A DNA stretch of 32,000 nt, taken from Candidatus Kuenenia stuttgartensis (GTDB lineage Bacteria; Planctomycetota; Brocadiia; Brocadiales; Brocadiaceae). The stretch spans positions 1,440,001 to 1,472,000 of the forward strand of contig NZ_LT934425.1 in the NCBI RefSeq assembly GCF_900232105.1. Direction: 5' to 3'. Made by a program: the position numbers and the translations under genes. A model generated the notes under the pieces. That model had not been told where the DNA came from. It made no database searches and saw only the letters and a program-made list of their open reading frames with translations. Of the stretch, positions 7,967 through 17,300 are shown in pieces (position 1 is the first letter of the stretch; the number at the start of each line of letters is the position of its first letter).

Positions 7967-10288
7967 TTATTTATTTGAACTGTCTGTTTCATTTTCACTT
8001 GTTGGTTCTTCGCCGGCAATAGGCAGCTCCTTTGAAATATAATCACAATCAGGGTATTTGCTGCATCCGAAGAATATGCCGCCTTTTTTTGAATAACGCT
8101 GTATTAAGTCTCCACCGCATTCATCTCTTGGGCATTTTATACCCGTAGGGAGGGATTTTATATTTCTGCATTTGGGATAGCCGGAGCATCCCATAAATCT
8201 ACCTTTTTTGCTGAACCGGATGACCATCGGACTTCCACATTTTTCACATTTTTCGTTTGTTGGCTCAACCTTTGTGGTTTCTCCCGTCAGAGATTTTGTG
8301 TTTTTACAATTAGGATATGCCGAACAAGCCATGAATTTACCATGGCGACTGGTTTTAATAATCATAGGGCTACCACATTTTTCACAAGCCTGATCAGACG
8401 TCTCCGGAGGCGCTGCCTCCCCTTTTTCGTCTAATGGCATCGTATTTTTACATTCCGGAAATGCGGAACAACCAAAGAATTTCCCATGCCTTCCCCATCT
8501 GATTACCATGGGTTTACTGCATAGATTACAAATCCGGTCGCTTTCCTCCGGGGTTCCTTTTACGCTTTTCATTTCACCAATAGCTTTTTCCAAATCAATC
8601 TTAAAGGGTTCGTAAAACTCCTTCAGCACGGTCAGCCAATCAATTTTTTTTTCCTCAATCTTATCCAATTCATCTTCCATGTGTGACGTAAAATTTACAT
8701 CCATTATTTTTTGAAAATGTTCTATCAGTTTTTCGGTAACCAATATCCCCAGTTCGGTTGCATAAAAAGCGCGTTTCTCCTGTTTCACATATCCGCGGTC
8801 CTGAATAGTTGAAATAATCGTGGCATAGGTACTTGGCCTTCCTATCCCCATTTTTTCGAGAGTCTTTACCAGAGACGCTTCTGAATAACGCGGCGGAGGC
8901 TGGGTAAAGTGTTGTGTTGGCAAAAGTTGTATTAATTCAAGAACATGGTCTTTCTCCAGTGGAGGCAGTATTTGCTCCTCCCGGTCAACTTCGTGCCCGG
9001 AAATAAGTGTATGCCCGTCAAATAAGAGTTCCCTGCCCCTTGTCTTAAAAATATACCGGTTGGAAGTGATTTCCACGTCAGTAATCGCATACAGCGCCGG
9101 TTTCATTTGGCTTGCAACGAATCTCTTCCATATAAGTTCATACAGTTTATGCTGGTCCTTTGTAAGAAACTGCTTTATGGATTCAGGGGTATATTCCAGA
9201 TATGTCGGCCTTACTGCCTCATGTGCGCCCTGGGTGCCCTTTTTATTAGAGGCATATATATTGGGTTTTTCAGGGAGATAGTCTTTCCCGTAATTGCTTT
9301 CGATAAAATTTCTACATGACGTTAATGCATGGTCTGATACATGAAAAGAATCTGTCCTCATATAGGTGATTAATCCCGCAGGACCATCAGCGCCAACATC
9401 AATGCCCTCATAAAGTTGTTGCGCAATCAACATGGTCTTTTTTGCGCTGAATTGCAAACGAGTAGATGCCTGTTGTTGTAAAAGGCTTGTAGTAAATGGC
9501 GGGGGCGCATTATTGCGTTTTGTTTGTTTCTTTATGTTTGTGATAATAAATGATGCATTCTGCAGTTTTTCGGTAATTTCCTTTGCCTGCTGTTCATTTT
9601 TTATTTCTATATTTTTGTCTTCTAATTTTTGCAGAAGGGCTTTGAAGGGTTTTATGTCGTCAGATTTTTTATCCCCGGAGATGGTCTTTAACTCTGCGGT
9701 TATTTTCCAATATTCATGGGGTTTAAATTCGTTGATTTCTTTCTCACGTTCTACGATAAGTCTGACTGCAACGGATTGAACACGGCCTGCGCTTAATCTT
9801 TTAGCAATTTTTTTCCACAGGAGAGGGCTTATTTTATAGCCAACAATGCGGTCAAGTATTCTTCGGGCCTGTTGCGCATTTACCTTTTCCATATTGATAG
9901 GGCCATATTGTTTAAAGGCTTCCTGGATAGCGTCTTTTGTAATTTCGTTAAAGGTAACGCGGCGTATTTTTTCAGGGGGGATATCCAACACCTTGTACAA
10001 GTGCCACGCAATCGCTTCTCCCTCACGGTCAAGATCGGAGGCTAAATAAACCGTGCTGGCTTTTTTGGAATCGCTGATTAATTCCTTAATTAATTTTTCT
10101 CTACTGGGAATTACTTTATATTCCGGGGTAAAGTCGTTTTCAATATCTACGGAGAGTTTTTTCGCAGGAAGGTCCCGTACGTGACCCATGGAGGATTTCA
10201 CGAAGAAAGAAGCATCGAGGAACTTACTTATGGTTTTAGCTTTCGCAGGCGATTCAACGATTACCAGGTTTGTTTTAGACTTGGCCAT
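7967..10288 (-). CDS. topA: DNA topoisomerase I with four C-terminal tetracysteine zinc ribbons
   Basis: NLVIVESPAKAKTISKFL, YLASDLDREGEAIAWHL, LSAGRVQSVAVRLIVERE, ITYMRTDSFHVS, then four CxxC...CxxxxxC repeats. Confidence 0.97.
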   Translation of the reverse strand: MAKSKTNLVIVESPAKAKTISKFLDASFFVKSSMGHVRDLPAKKLSVDIENDFTPEYKVIPSREKLIKELISDSKKASTVYLASDLDREGEAIAWHLYKVLDIPPEKIRRVTFNEITKDAIQEAFKQYGPINMEKVNAQQARRILDRIVGYKISPLLWKKIAKRLSAGRVQSVAVRLIVEREKEINEFKPHEYWKITAELKTISGDKKSDDIKPFKALLQKLEDKNIEIKNEQQAKEITEKLQNASFIITNIKKQTKRNNAPPPFTTSLLQQQASTRLQFSAKKTMLIAQQLYEGIDVGADGPAGLITYMRTDSFHVSDHALTSCRNFIESNYGKDYLPEKPNIYASNKKGTQGAHEAVRPTYLEYTPESIKQFLTKDQHKLYELIWKRFVASQMKPALYAITDVEITSNRYIFKTRGRELLFDGHTLISGHEVDREEQILPPLEKDHVLELIQLLPTQHFTQPPPRYSEASLVKTLEKMGIGRPSTYATIISTIQDRGYVKQEKRAFYATELGILVTEKLIEHFQKIMDVNFTSHMEDELDKIEEKKIDWLTVLKEFYEPFKIDLEKAIGEMKSVKGTPEESDRICNLCSKPMVIRWGRHGKFFGCSAFPECKNTMPLDEKGEAAPPETSDQACEKCGSPMIIKTSRHGKFMACSAYPNCKNTKSLTGETTKVEPTNEKCEKCGSPMVIRFSKKGRFMGCSGYPKCRNIKSLPTGIKCPRDECGGDLIQRYSKKGGIFFGCSKYPDCDYISKELPIAGEEPTSENETDSSNK

Positions 10289-10422
10289 TAGGATACCTCT
10301 GAAAATAAGAAAAATTTAAACAGGATGGACAATTTGTGTCAAGATATTTTTACATCGTTATACATTATCGTTCTTTTTGCAGGTTTTTTCGGAAATTTAA
10401 CGGTAAAATGCATGCTTAACAG

Positions 10423-10500
10423 AGATCAGAGATCAGAGATCAGAGGTCGGCGGTCTGAAGCCTGGTGTCTGACTTCTGACTTCTGATCTCCGGCTTTTGC
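10423..10500. repeat. Short-period AGAGATC / TCTGACT repeat, partly self-complementary
   Basis: agagatcagagatcagagatcagagg...gtctgacttctgacttctgatctcc in the topA/rpsT divergent intergenic region. Confidence 0.5.
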
Positions 10501-10637
10501 AATCCTATTTGTTTGACTATACATTTTCCAGTGTTTTACTATTGACATTATGTTATGAGTTAAATAAAGTATATTCCTGTGGAAATCAAAATAATTTATT
10601 TTTCTTTCGTATTTAAGTTAAGAATAGGGAGGGTGTA

Positions 10638-10922
10638 ATGCCAACAACAAGCTCTGCGAAAAAAAGACTGCGACAGGATGAGACTCGCAATTTAATTAAC
10701 AAGTCAAGGAAAACCGCGTTAAAGACCCAGGTAAAAAAGTTTTTAACGGCATTACAAAGCAAGGATATTCAGGCCGCCGAAGCTGAATATAGCCTGACCG
10801 TAAAGAAAATGGACAAAGGCGCTGCAAAAGGCATTTTGCATAAAAACAATGCAAGCAGAAAAAAGTCTCGTTTTGCAAAAAAACTAAACGATTTAAAAGC
10901 ATCTGCAAAACAAGATGGTTAA
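10638..10922 (+). CDS. rpsT: 30S ribosomal protein S20
   Basis: SSAKKRLRQDETRNLINKSRKTALKTQVKKF...VKKMDKGAAKGILHKNNASRKKSRFAKKL; GGGAGG upstream of ATG. Confidence 0.93.
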   Translation: MPTTSSAKKRLRQDETRNLINKSRKTALKTQVKKFLTALQSKDIQAAEAEYSLTVKKMDKGAAKGILHKNNASRKKSRFAKKLNDLKASAKQDG

Positions 10923-11190
10923 CCGGGGTAATAAACAACGAAAGTTGCAGGCCAGAAACAAACAAGGATGAAGGCTGTGGGATAAATTTGAGAATTGCCC
11001 TACTCTTTCCAAATTCATCCTTCATTCTTTTCTTCCATAAGATGCATTCGTTTAGAATTTCAAATCATTTTGTCATTAGCATTTGTTTCGGATTTCACTA
11101 TTAAATACCTTGCCAAAAATGCAAAGAAATTTTTGCGAAGGATTAATGCTTGCCCTATCATTGGCTGGCTGGTGCGGTTATTGTTACCCA

Positions 11191-13317
11191 TCATTTTCTG
11201 GAAACAAATGATTCCGCCACAAGAATGCCGAGCGCGAGCAACAAGAGAACGCCCCAGAGGGTCGTTTTCGCTTCACCCCGAACCACTTCACGCCGCTCGC
11301 CTGAACTGGAAGACCTTACCATCACATTCGTTTCTCCCATAAGCGCGGTAATCTCTTTTTCACTGATCTTTTCAAGATTGGATTCTGATGCGTCAACATT
11401 TACCGGGAAGTAAAAAAGGTTCTGCTGTTGCGATGTATCATTGATAAGAAACGAATACACGCCCGGCAAATGGGTTTCATGATAAACAAAATATTTTTCA
11501 TTATTAATCACTTGTGGCGGTAAAAGGGTTTTTACCCCCCCGGGATTGGTTGTTTCCAAATTGCCGACATCGTATGGGGCTGGAAATTGCCAGTTTTGCT
11601 CCACAAGAATTTCTTGTTTGGTTTCACCTGTAGTACTGCCTGATATATACCGGCAAAGCTGCTGAATAAGAGGGACAAAAAGAGGTTTTACCGGTAGGTC
11701 TGTCCAATCTCTGTCGATAGAGGAGGCAATGAGCGCCACTCTTCCCTTGCCAACCTGCCTTTCAACAATGGCAGGAGTATTGTCGGAAAAGGAAAGCACC
11801 GTTTTCGCTCCTTCTAATGGGGCGGGCTCTACATAAAAAACCTGATGAAAGCTGACCGATGTCAACATATTAATATTCGTTTCGGATAGAAAACGCATTG
11901 CCGGATGCATTACCCCGGATATCTTTAGACTAAGCGGCTGTTCCTCGGTAATCAGTACATTCCCGGTAAAGATTTTTTTTGTGTAAAGCCGGTGCGGAAG
12001 CAGCGCCTCAAATGAATTGTTGTAATAACTACCTTCTACCTTATCGCCGAGTGAAAAAACGACCGCCCCGCCGTCTTTTACAAATCTTTCCAACTCCTCG
12101 ATCTTTTCATAGGGCAGCATTTCAACATTACACAAAAAGACGATGTCAAAATCTTCAAATACCATACCCTCCACTTCGTGTATTGAACAAATGACCGGCT
12201 TGAGCGAGGAAACGTGTCCACGCGCCGGGTTTAAGGCTTTTTCCAGATAAAATGTTTCGCTTTCATAGATATTTGTTTTGGGGTCTCCGTCAATTAACAA
12301 CACATCAAGTTTTTGTTCCTCATTAATGGCAAAATATCGTTTATTATCAGCGATTAAATTATCTTCGGGTATTTCAATCCAGCCAAAGTGGTTGCCCTTC
12401 TCCACCTTGAAGCTAAATTCTTTTACTTCCTGAGAATACGCCTCAATATTGAAAAATCCCTGTACCACTTTTTTTTGGTCTACATATACCTGCGCTAACA
12501 GGTTTTTTATTTTTACCGGCGAATAATTAGAAACTGTTGCCTTAAAAGACACGTCTCCGCTCTTATTGAACACATTGTTTTGGAATTCCAGTCCCGTAAC
12601 AGCAATATTCCCGTAGTCCTTTCCTTCCGACACATTTATTATGTGAACGCCGGTGATATTATTTTGCAATTTTTGCTGCCCGTCATGAAACCATTTAAGG
12701 TCCCAACCATTTCGTGTTAAATCGGTAATAATAAATATCTGTTTAATGGGCGTTTCATCGGACATTAATATTTCAATTGCCCTGTCCAGGGCGGACGTAA
12801 TATGTGTGGTTGAATACCCGGGGCGTAAATTTTCGATGACAGTAAGGAGGTTTTCTTTATCATATTCAAGTTCAGGCACAATCATTGAATTTGCCAGCGA
12901 ACAGCCAATGACGGCCGCCTTATCATCCTTCGTTAATTGCCCGATAATATTCCTTGCCGTATTTTTGGCAGCATGGAAAAGGGGCTTGCCTTTTTCCGCA
13001 TATTGCATACTGTAAGAATCATCAACAATGATAACATTACTGGTGGGGTTTTTTCCGTCGTTACCGCCGCCAATATTTTTGACAAAGGGTCTGGCAAGTG
13101 CCATGGCAAGAAAGGCAAACAAACATGCCCGTAGAATAAGGAGTATCAACTGCCGGAGTTTGAACTTTACATAGATACGTTTATTGGATTGGAGTAAGAA
13201 ATCTATCGCCGCGAATCTGTGGGATATCGCCTTCTTTTTATTGAAGAGGTGGATGATAACAGGTATACAAGCGCCCAGGACGCCAAATAATAAAAGCGGA
13301 TTGAGAAAGGAAATCAT
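11191..13317 (-). CDS. BatA N-terminal domain / VWA-like membrane protein
   Basis: N-terminus FLNPLLLFGVLGACIPVIIHLFNKKKAISHRFAAIDFLL...LRQLILLILRACLFAFLAMALARPF; VWA motif VIIVDDSYSMQ; C-terminal transmembrane segment. Confidence 0.85.
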   Translation of the reverse strand: MISFLNPLLLFGVLGACIPVIIHLFNKKKAISHRFAAIDFLLQSNKRIYVKFKLRQLILLILRACLFAFLAMALARPFVKNIGGGNDGKNPTSNVIIVDDSYSMQYAEKGKPLFHAAKNTARNIIGQLTKDDKAAVIGCSLANSMIVPELEYDKENLLTVIENLRPGYSTTHITSALDRAIEILMSDETPIKQIFIITDLTRNGWDLKWFHDGQQKLQNNITGVHIINVSEGKDYGNIAVTGLEFQNNVFNKSGDVSFKATVSNYSPVKIKNLLAQVYVDQKKVVQGFFNIEAYSQEVKEFSFKVEKGNHFGWIEIPEDNLIADNKRYFAINEEQKLDVLLIDGDPKTNIYESETFYLEKALNPARGHVSSLKPVICSIHEVEGMVFEDFDIVFLCNVEMLPYEKIEELERFVKDGGAVVFSLGDKVEGSYYNNSFEALLPHRLYTKKIFTGNVLITEEQPLSLKISGVMHPAMRFLSETNINMLTSVSFHQVFYVEPAPLEGAKTVLSFSDNTPAIVERQVGKGRVALIASSIDRDWTDLPVKPLFVPLIQQLCRYISGSTTGETKQEILVEQNWQFPAPYDVGNLETTNPGGVKTLLPPQVINNEKYFVYHETHLPGVYSFLINDTSQQQNLFYFPVNVDASESNLEKISEKEITALMGETNVMVRSSSSGERREVVRGEAKTTLWGVLLLLALGILVAESFVSRK

Positions 13318-13417
13318 TCAAAAATTCTACCATATGCTCCGGAGAAAATGAAGGAGAAAAGCATTGAATGCTTTTTATCGGAAGGGTTTAAGGTTAATAT
13401 TATTCATCATTTCATTC

Positions 13418-13831
13418 TTAAACAGCCAAATATCTGAAATCCAATACTTCATTTATCAGCTTAAAATCCTTTTCATTCTTTGTCACCAGAATAGCTCCAA
13501 TGTCTCTTACTGATACAGCAATAAGGATATCGGCAAGAAGATTGCGAATTCTTAAGGAATCAATCTTTTTGTCTCTTCTTAATTTCAGCATTACATCTCC
13601 TGTGGCATACCATTGTTTTTCACTTACGCTTATTACTGTGAAATTTTTTTTTATCTGTTCGATGAGCTTTTGTTCCTTTTTGTCAAAAGACCCCGAAAGC
13701 AATTCCATCAAAACTATAGCGCTGAATGTGATGTGATAATACTTATTCAGATTTATAAATATATCCTGAACAGTACCTTTCCTGAAATGCTCAATGAGAA
13801 AAGATGTATCAAGAACTGCTTTTTGCCTCAT
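13418..13831 (-). CDS. PIN-domain ribonuclease toxin (VapC-like)
   Basis: AVLDTSFLIEHF (N-terminal acidic motif), MELLSG, DILIAVSVRDIGAILVTKNEKDF. Confidence 0.85.
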   Translation of the reverse strand: MRQKAVLDTSFLIEHFRKGTVQDIFINLNKYYHITFSAIVLMELLSGSFDKKEQKLIEQIKKNFTVISVSEKQWYATGDVMLKLRRDKKIDSLRIRNLLADILIAVSVRDIGAILVTKNEKDFKLINEVLDFRYLAV

Positions 13832-14024
13832 TTAGTCCCTCGAAATAAAACTTACCGCCTGTTCGTTCAATAAACTTTCTCATCTTTTCCTGGTAGATAA
13901 CCTCGGAGAGCGCTGTTTCTATAGCCTCCGTTTCTGTCTTCGTTTTCAGTATCTTTTGTGCGTCCTTAATCAGATTTTCATCCAGCCTGAAATGTTTTGC
14001 AACTTTTTTTATTACATTCTGCAT
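13809..14024 (-). CDS. Probable cognate antitoxin (VapB-like), overlapping the PIN gene start
   Basis: Starting at MQNVIKKVAKHFRLDENLIKDAQKILKTKTETEAIETALSEVIYQEKMRKF. Small DNA-binding-like protein with the characteristic 4-24 bp overlap with the toxin ORF. Track start at 14081 is probably too far upstream. Confidence 0.7.
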   Translation of the reverse strand: MQNVIKKVAKHFRLDENLIKDAQKILKTKTETEAIETALSEVIYQEKMRKFIERTGGKFYFEGLNEAKSSS

Positions 14025-14229
14025 AATGTACCCCCTGCTATAATAGCGGAAAAATCGCAGCATTAAAAGACATGTATACAATTTATAATAATGTGGCTAC
14101 AATGTCAAATACAATGTGAGAGCATGGGGGGTGCGGATTAAGGCAACATCCAGGCCCGTGCTAAACAATATTCACATATTCAGTTGTCCAAAAAACTTTT
14201 CGACATGCAACTTCTATACAATATATAAT

Positions 14230-14328
14230 GTAGGGGGCGAAGCATTTGCTATAAATTGACATAAATGCGTTCATACCCAAACGGACAAATGCTTCGCCCC
14301 CTACTTTTTAAAAAAACTAAATTGTTAC
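14230..14328. repeat. MITE-like element with 19-bp perfect inverted repeat GTAGGGGGCGAAGCATTTG
   Basis: Arms at 14230-14248 and 14286-14304. Right flank TTTTTAAAAAAACTAAATTGTTAC (to 14328) matches the shared 25-bp TIR with few differences; no matching left outer end seen. Confidence 0.6.
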
Positions 14329-14353
14329 GGTTCCATTGGTATAAAGTACAACC

Positions 14354-17300
14354 TTAAGAAAGAAGCTTCGCTACCTTTTCAAGATTTTGTCGTGCCTCTT
14401 TATAGCCGGCATCTATCGCTAATGCCTTTTCAAAACAGCGCCTTGCTTCGCCGTGCATCTTTTTCTTGTAATAGAGTACGCCTAAATTATTGAACACAGA
14501 GGCTTCTTTGCCGTTTAATTCAATAGCCTTTTTAAGAATTGAAATCGCCTCATCCGGTTTATCAATGCTCGCATAAACAAGACCAAGATTATTATATGCA
14601 TCGAAAAAAACGGGATGGTATTCTATGGCTCTTTTATAGGCGTCAATGGACTCCTGATATGCACCTTTCTGAAATAACCCATCTGCCTTGTTCAATAATT
14701 CCATCTCTCCAGAAATACTGGATGTTTGGCGACAGAGGTTGTCTTTGGTATAACGAAGTACAGGTACTTTTCTCAAATATTCGATACGTTCTTTGATTTT
14801 ATTTGCCGACATTTCCCATGTCCAATTGTTACGGATATCAGGGCTAATTTCTTTCCCCAGTGTTCGTATTTCCCCGGGATGTTCATAGGCGTAACGCATC
14901 TTTGCCTTCAGGTCATTAATATCGACCTCGTAAAACCACAGATTGTCAACCGTTGGCCTGTTTCCCACCCTCTTCTCTTTTGATATCTTTTTGTTTGCCT
15001 GTACCAACAGACTGTTGTTTTCATTGCAGAAGTCGAGGCAGGCGCCGCCATTCGTAACAATTGCCGGTATGCCGCACGCCATTGCCTCTAAAATCGGCAA
15101 ACCGAACCCCTCCCCGCGGTATGGATGGACGAAGGCATTGCAGGCGGTATATAGCCCGACGATTTCATCTTCGGACAGTATTTTCTCAATGTATTCAACC
15201 TCAGGGACCCCTTTCGCCTGTCGTATCCTTTCGATTTCTTCCCGGAAGGTTTGGCCTGCGTAAAACGAGTTTCCCCCCATATCCTTTATGATAAGGCAGA
15301 CGTCATCCGAATCCTTAAATGTTTCGAGATATGCCTGCAGGAGTAGGTCGATGCCTTTTCGATAGATCGTGCCGCCTACAAATAAGAATCTGAATTTCTT
15401 CTTTGTTGTCAATTGATACGGTTTCGCATCCGGATGAAACCTTTCAGGATTAATGCCGTTTGGTATAACAACAACCCTTTCGGCAGGAACGCCGCTTTCA
15501 ATATAGACCTGTCGAACATACTTGCTGGGTACCCACATCTCATCTACTTGTGCTGAAAATACCCGTACCCATTCTTCAGGCAGGCTGCCAAATTCCCACG
15601 GTTGAATAATTACCCAGTGTCCTTCCTGTGGAGGGGTAAGGTTTGGCGGCCAATGGTGTCGGACGTGAATATCGATCTTGCCGGTAAGCGGTTTGTTAAT
15701 ACACTCAGCAAGCGCTTTAAAACGAGGGTCAGCCTCAGTACCGAACTGATCGGGTTCGTAAGGGAGCAAAGAAACTTCGTAGCCGTCCCTGATAAGTTGT
15801 AAACAGAGTTCCCTGTTAATAAGCGCCAGGGAGTGAGTGACAAACTGCGAGCCTTCCCAGACAATGCCAGGTTTGCCCGCAGCCGCTTTACCGGAATCAC
15901 GTTTTATTACAACCCCATTCCATTCCTCAACATACTCTGGCAAGACACGATGGGGGTCATCCAATACGAGCCTTATTGGTTTTTTCTTACTCACTAGATT
16001 GCGGATAATCGTTTGTTCATAATCTTCATTTGGTGAAATCCCGGCCTCAACAGTTTCCAATGATGGCTGCCATTTTAATTTTTTAGGTGAATCATTCATC
16101 ATTTTTTTAAATGCATCAACGATCACTTCCGGCAGTAAGTTGTTCATACATTCTATATTACATTTGGTTCTCCAGTAACATGAGAGACACGGGAGTGCTT
16201 CATTTCGTATTGGAGTAAAACATTCAGTTGCAGGATTACCTAACAGTTCAGGGCTTGTAAGGCCGCATATTAAAAGTGTTGGTTTGCAGCAAAAATTGTG
16301 TCCGATGTGGAAAAATGCGCTATCGATGGTTATGAATGCATTACAATGTGAAGAAATGGCGATCTGATTTCTTAAAGAAATCTGGCGGGACGTACAGTCA
16401 TAAACGAGAGGATTTTCCTTAGCAAGAGGATCCTTCCCGAACAGGATAAACCGTGCCCCGTCAAATTGCCTGCTCAACAGCGAGATTACCTTTTCCCCGT
16501 GGGGATAACTTCTCTTGATATCCTTATCAGTGGTAAAATGAAGGCCAATGAGCATGCCGCCTGACGGTGAAAATGTCCTTACCTCCTTTTGCGCCCATTC
16601 TCGTTCTTCCGGTGTGATGGTATATATGATTCCCCTTTGTCCAAGCCTGACGCCTGCAATGTTTGCCATGATGTCCATTAGGCCTATGCCGTTGTAATAT
16701 TCAGGCAGGTTGGCAATAACGTTATTGTAATCGATTATAATGTCGGTTTTTGGGACGGAAATTTTATTGACAATATCCGGCACAAAGGCGGAGACGGCCT
16801 GATGTCCACGAAATACGGCTTCTACAACATGATTTCCTGACAAATAAATCCGGATATGGGGATATCTTTTCTTTATCTCCATGACGATAGCAGTCAGATA
16901 CAGGGCGTCCCCTATAGCGGGAGCACACCGGATTAGAAGTGTGGATGCGCGTTCGTAGTTCCGATTCCAGAACTGCTCATTGAAAGAGGATTTAAATTGG
17001 TTCAACCTTTTCATACACTTTTCGGCCTTCAGGTAAGTAATTATATTTTGGATTGTACCGGTCAGCATTGTTTTGGAAAAGGCAGCCTCTATTTTTTTGC
17101 GGGCTGCCTCGCCCATCCTCCGGCAGAGATCCCGGTCTCTGAAAAGCATCATTACATAGTTCTCGAATTCATCCTCGTTTGCCGCTATGAAACCGTTGAC
17201 GCCATGTTCTATCGGCGAGCTTGCCGCTATATTTGCAAGAGCTATCGCAGGCACCCCGTATGCCATAGACTCCACAATCTTTATCTGCTGTCCGGTACCC

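Noticed and set aside
10696-11025. 109-aa minus-strand ORF over rpsT
   Set aside because: Antisense to a confidently identified ribosomal protein gene.
13418-14024. PIN toxin/antitoxin pair as the core of a new defence island
   Set aside because: Looks like an ordinary VapBC-type module with no additional effector or helicase genes next to it.
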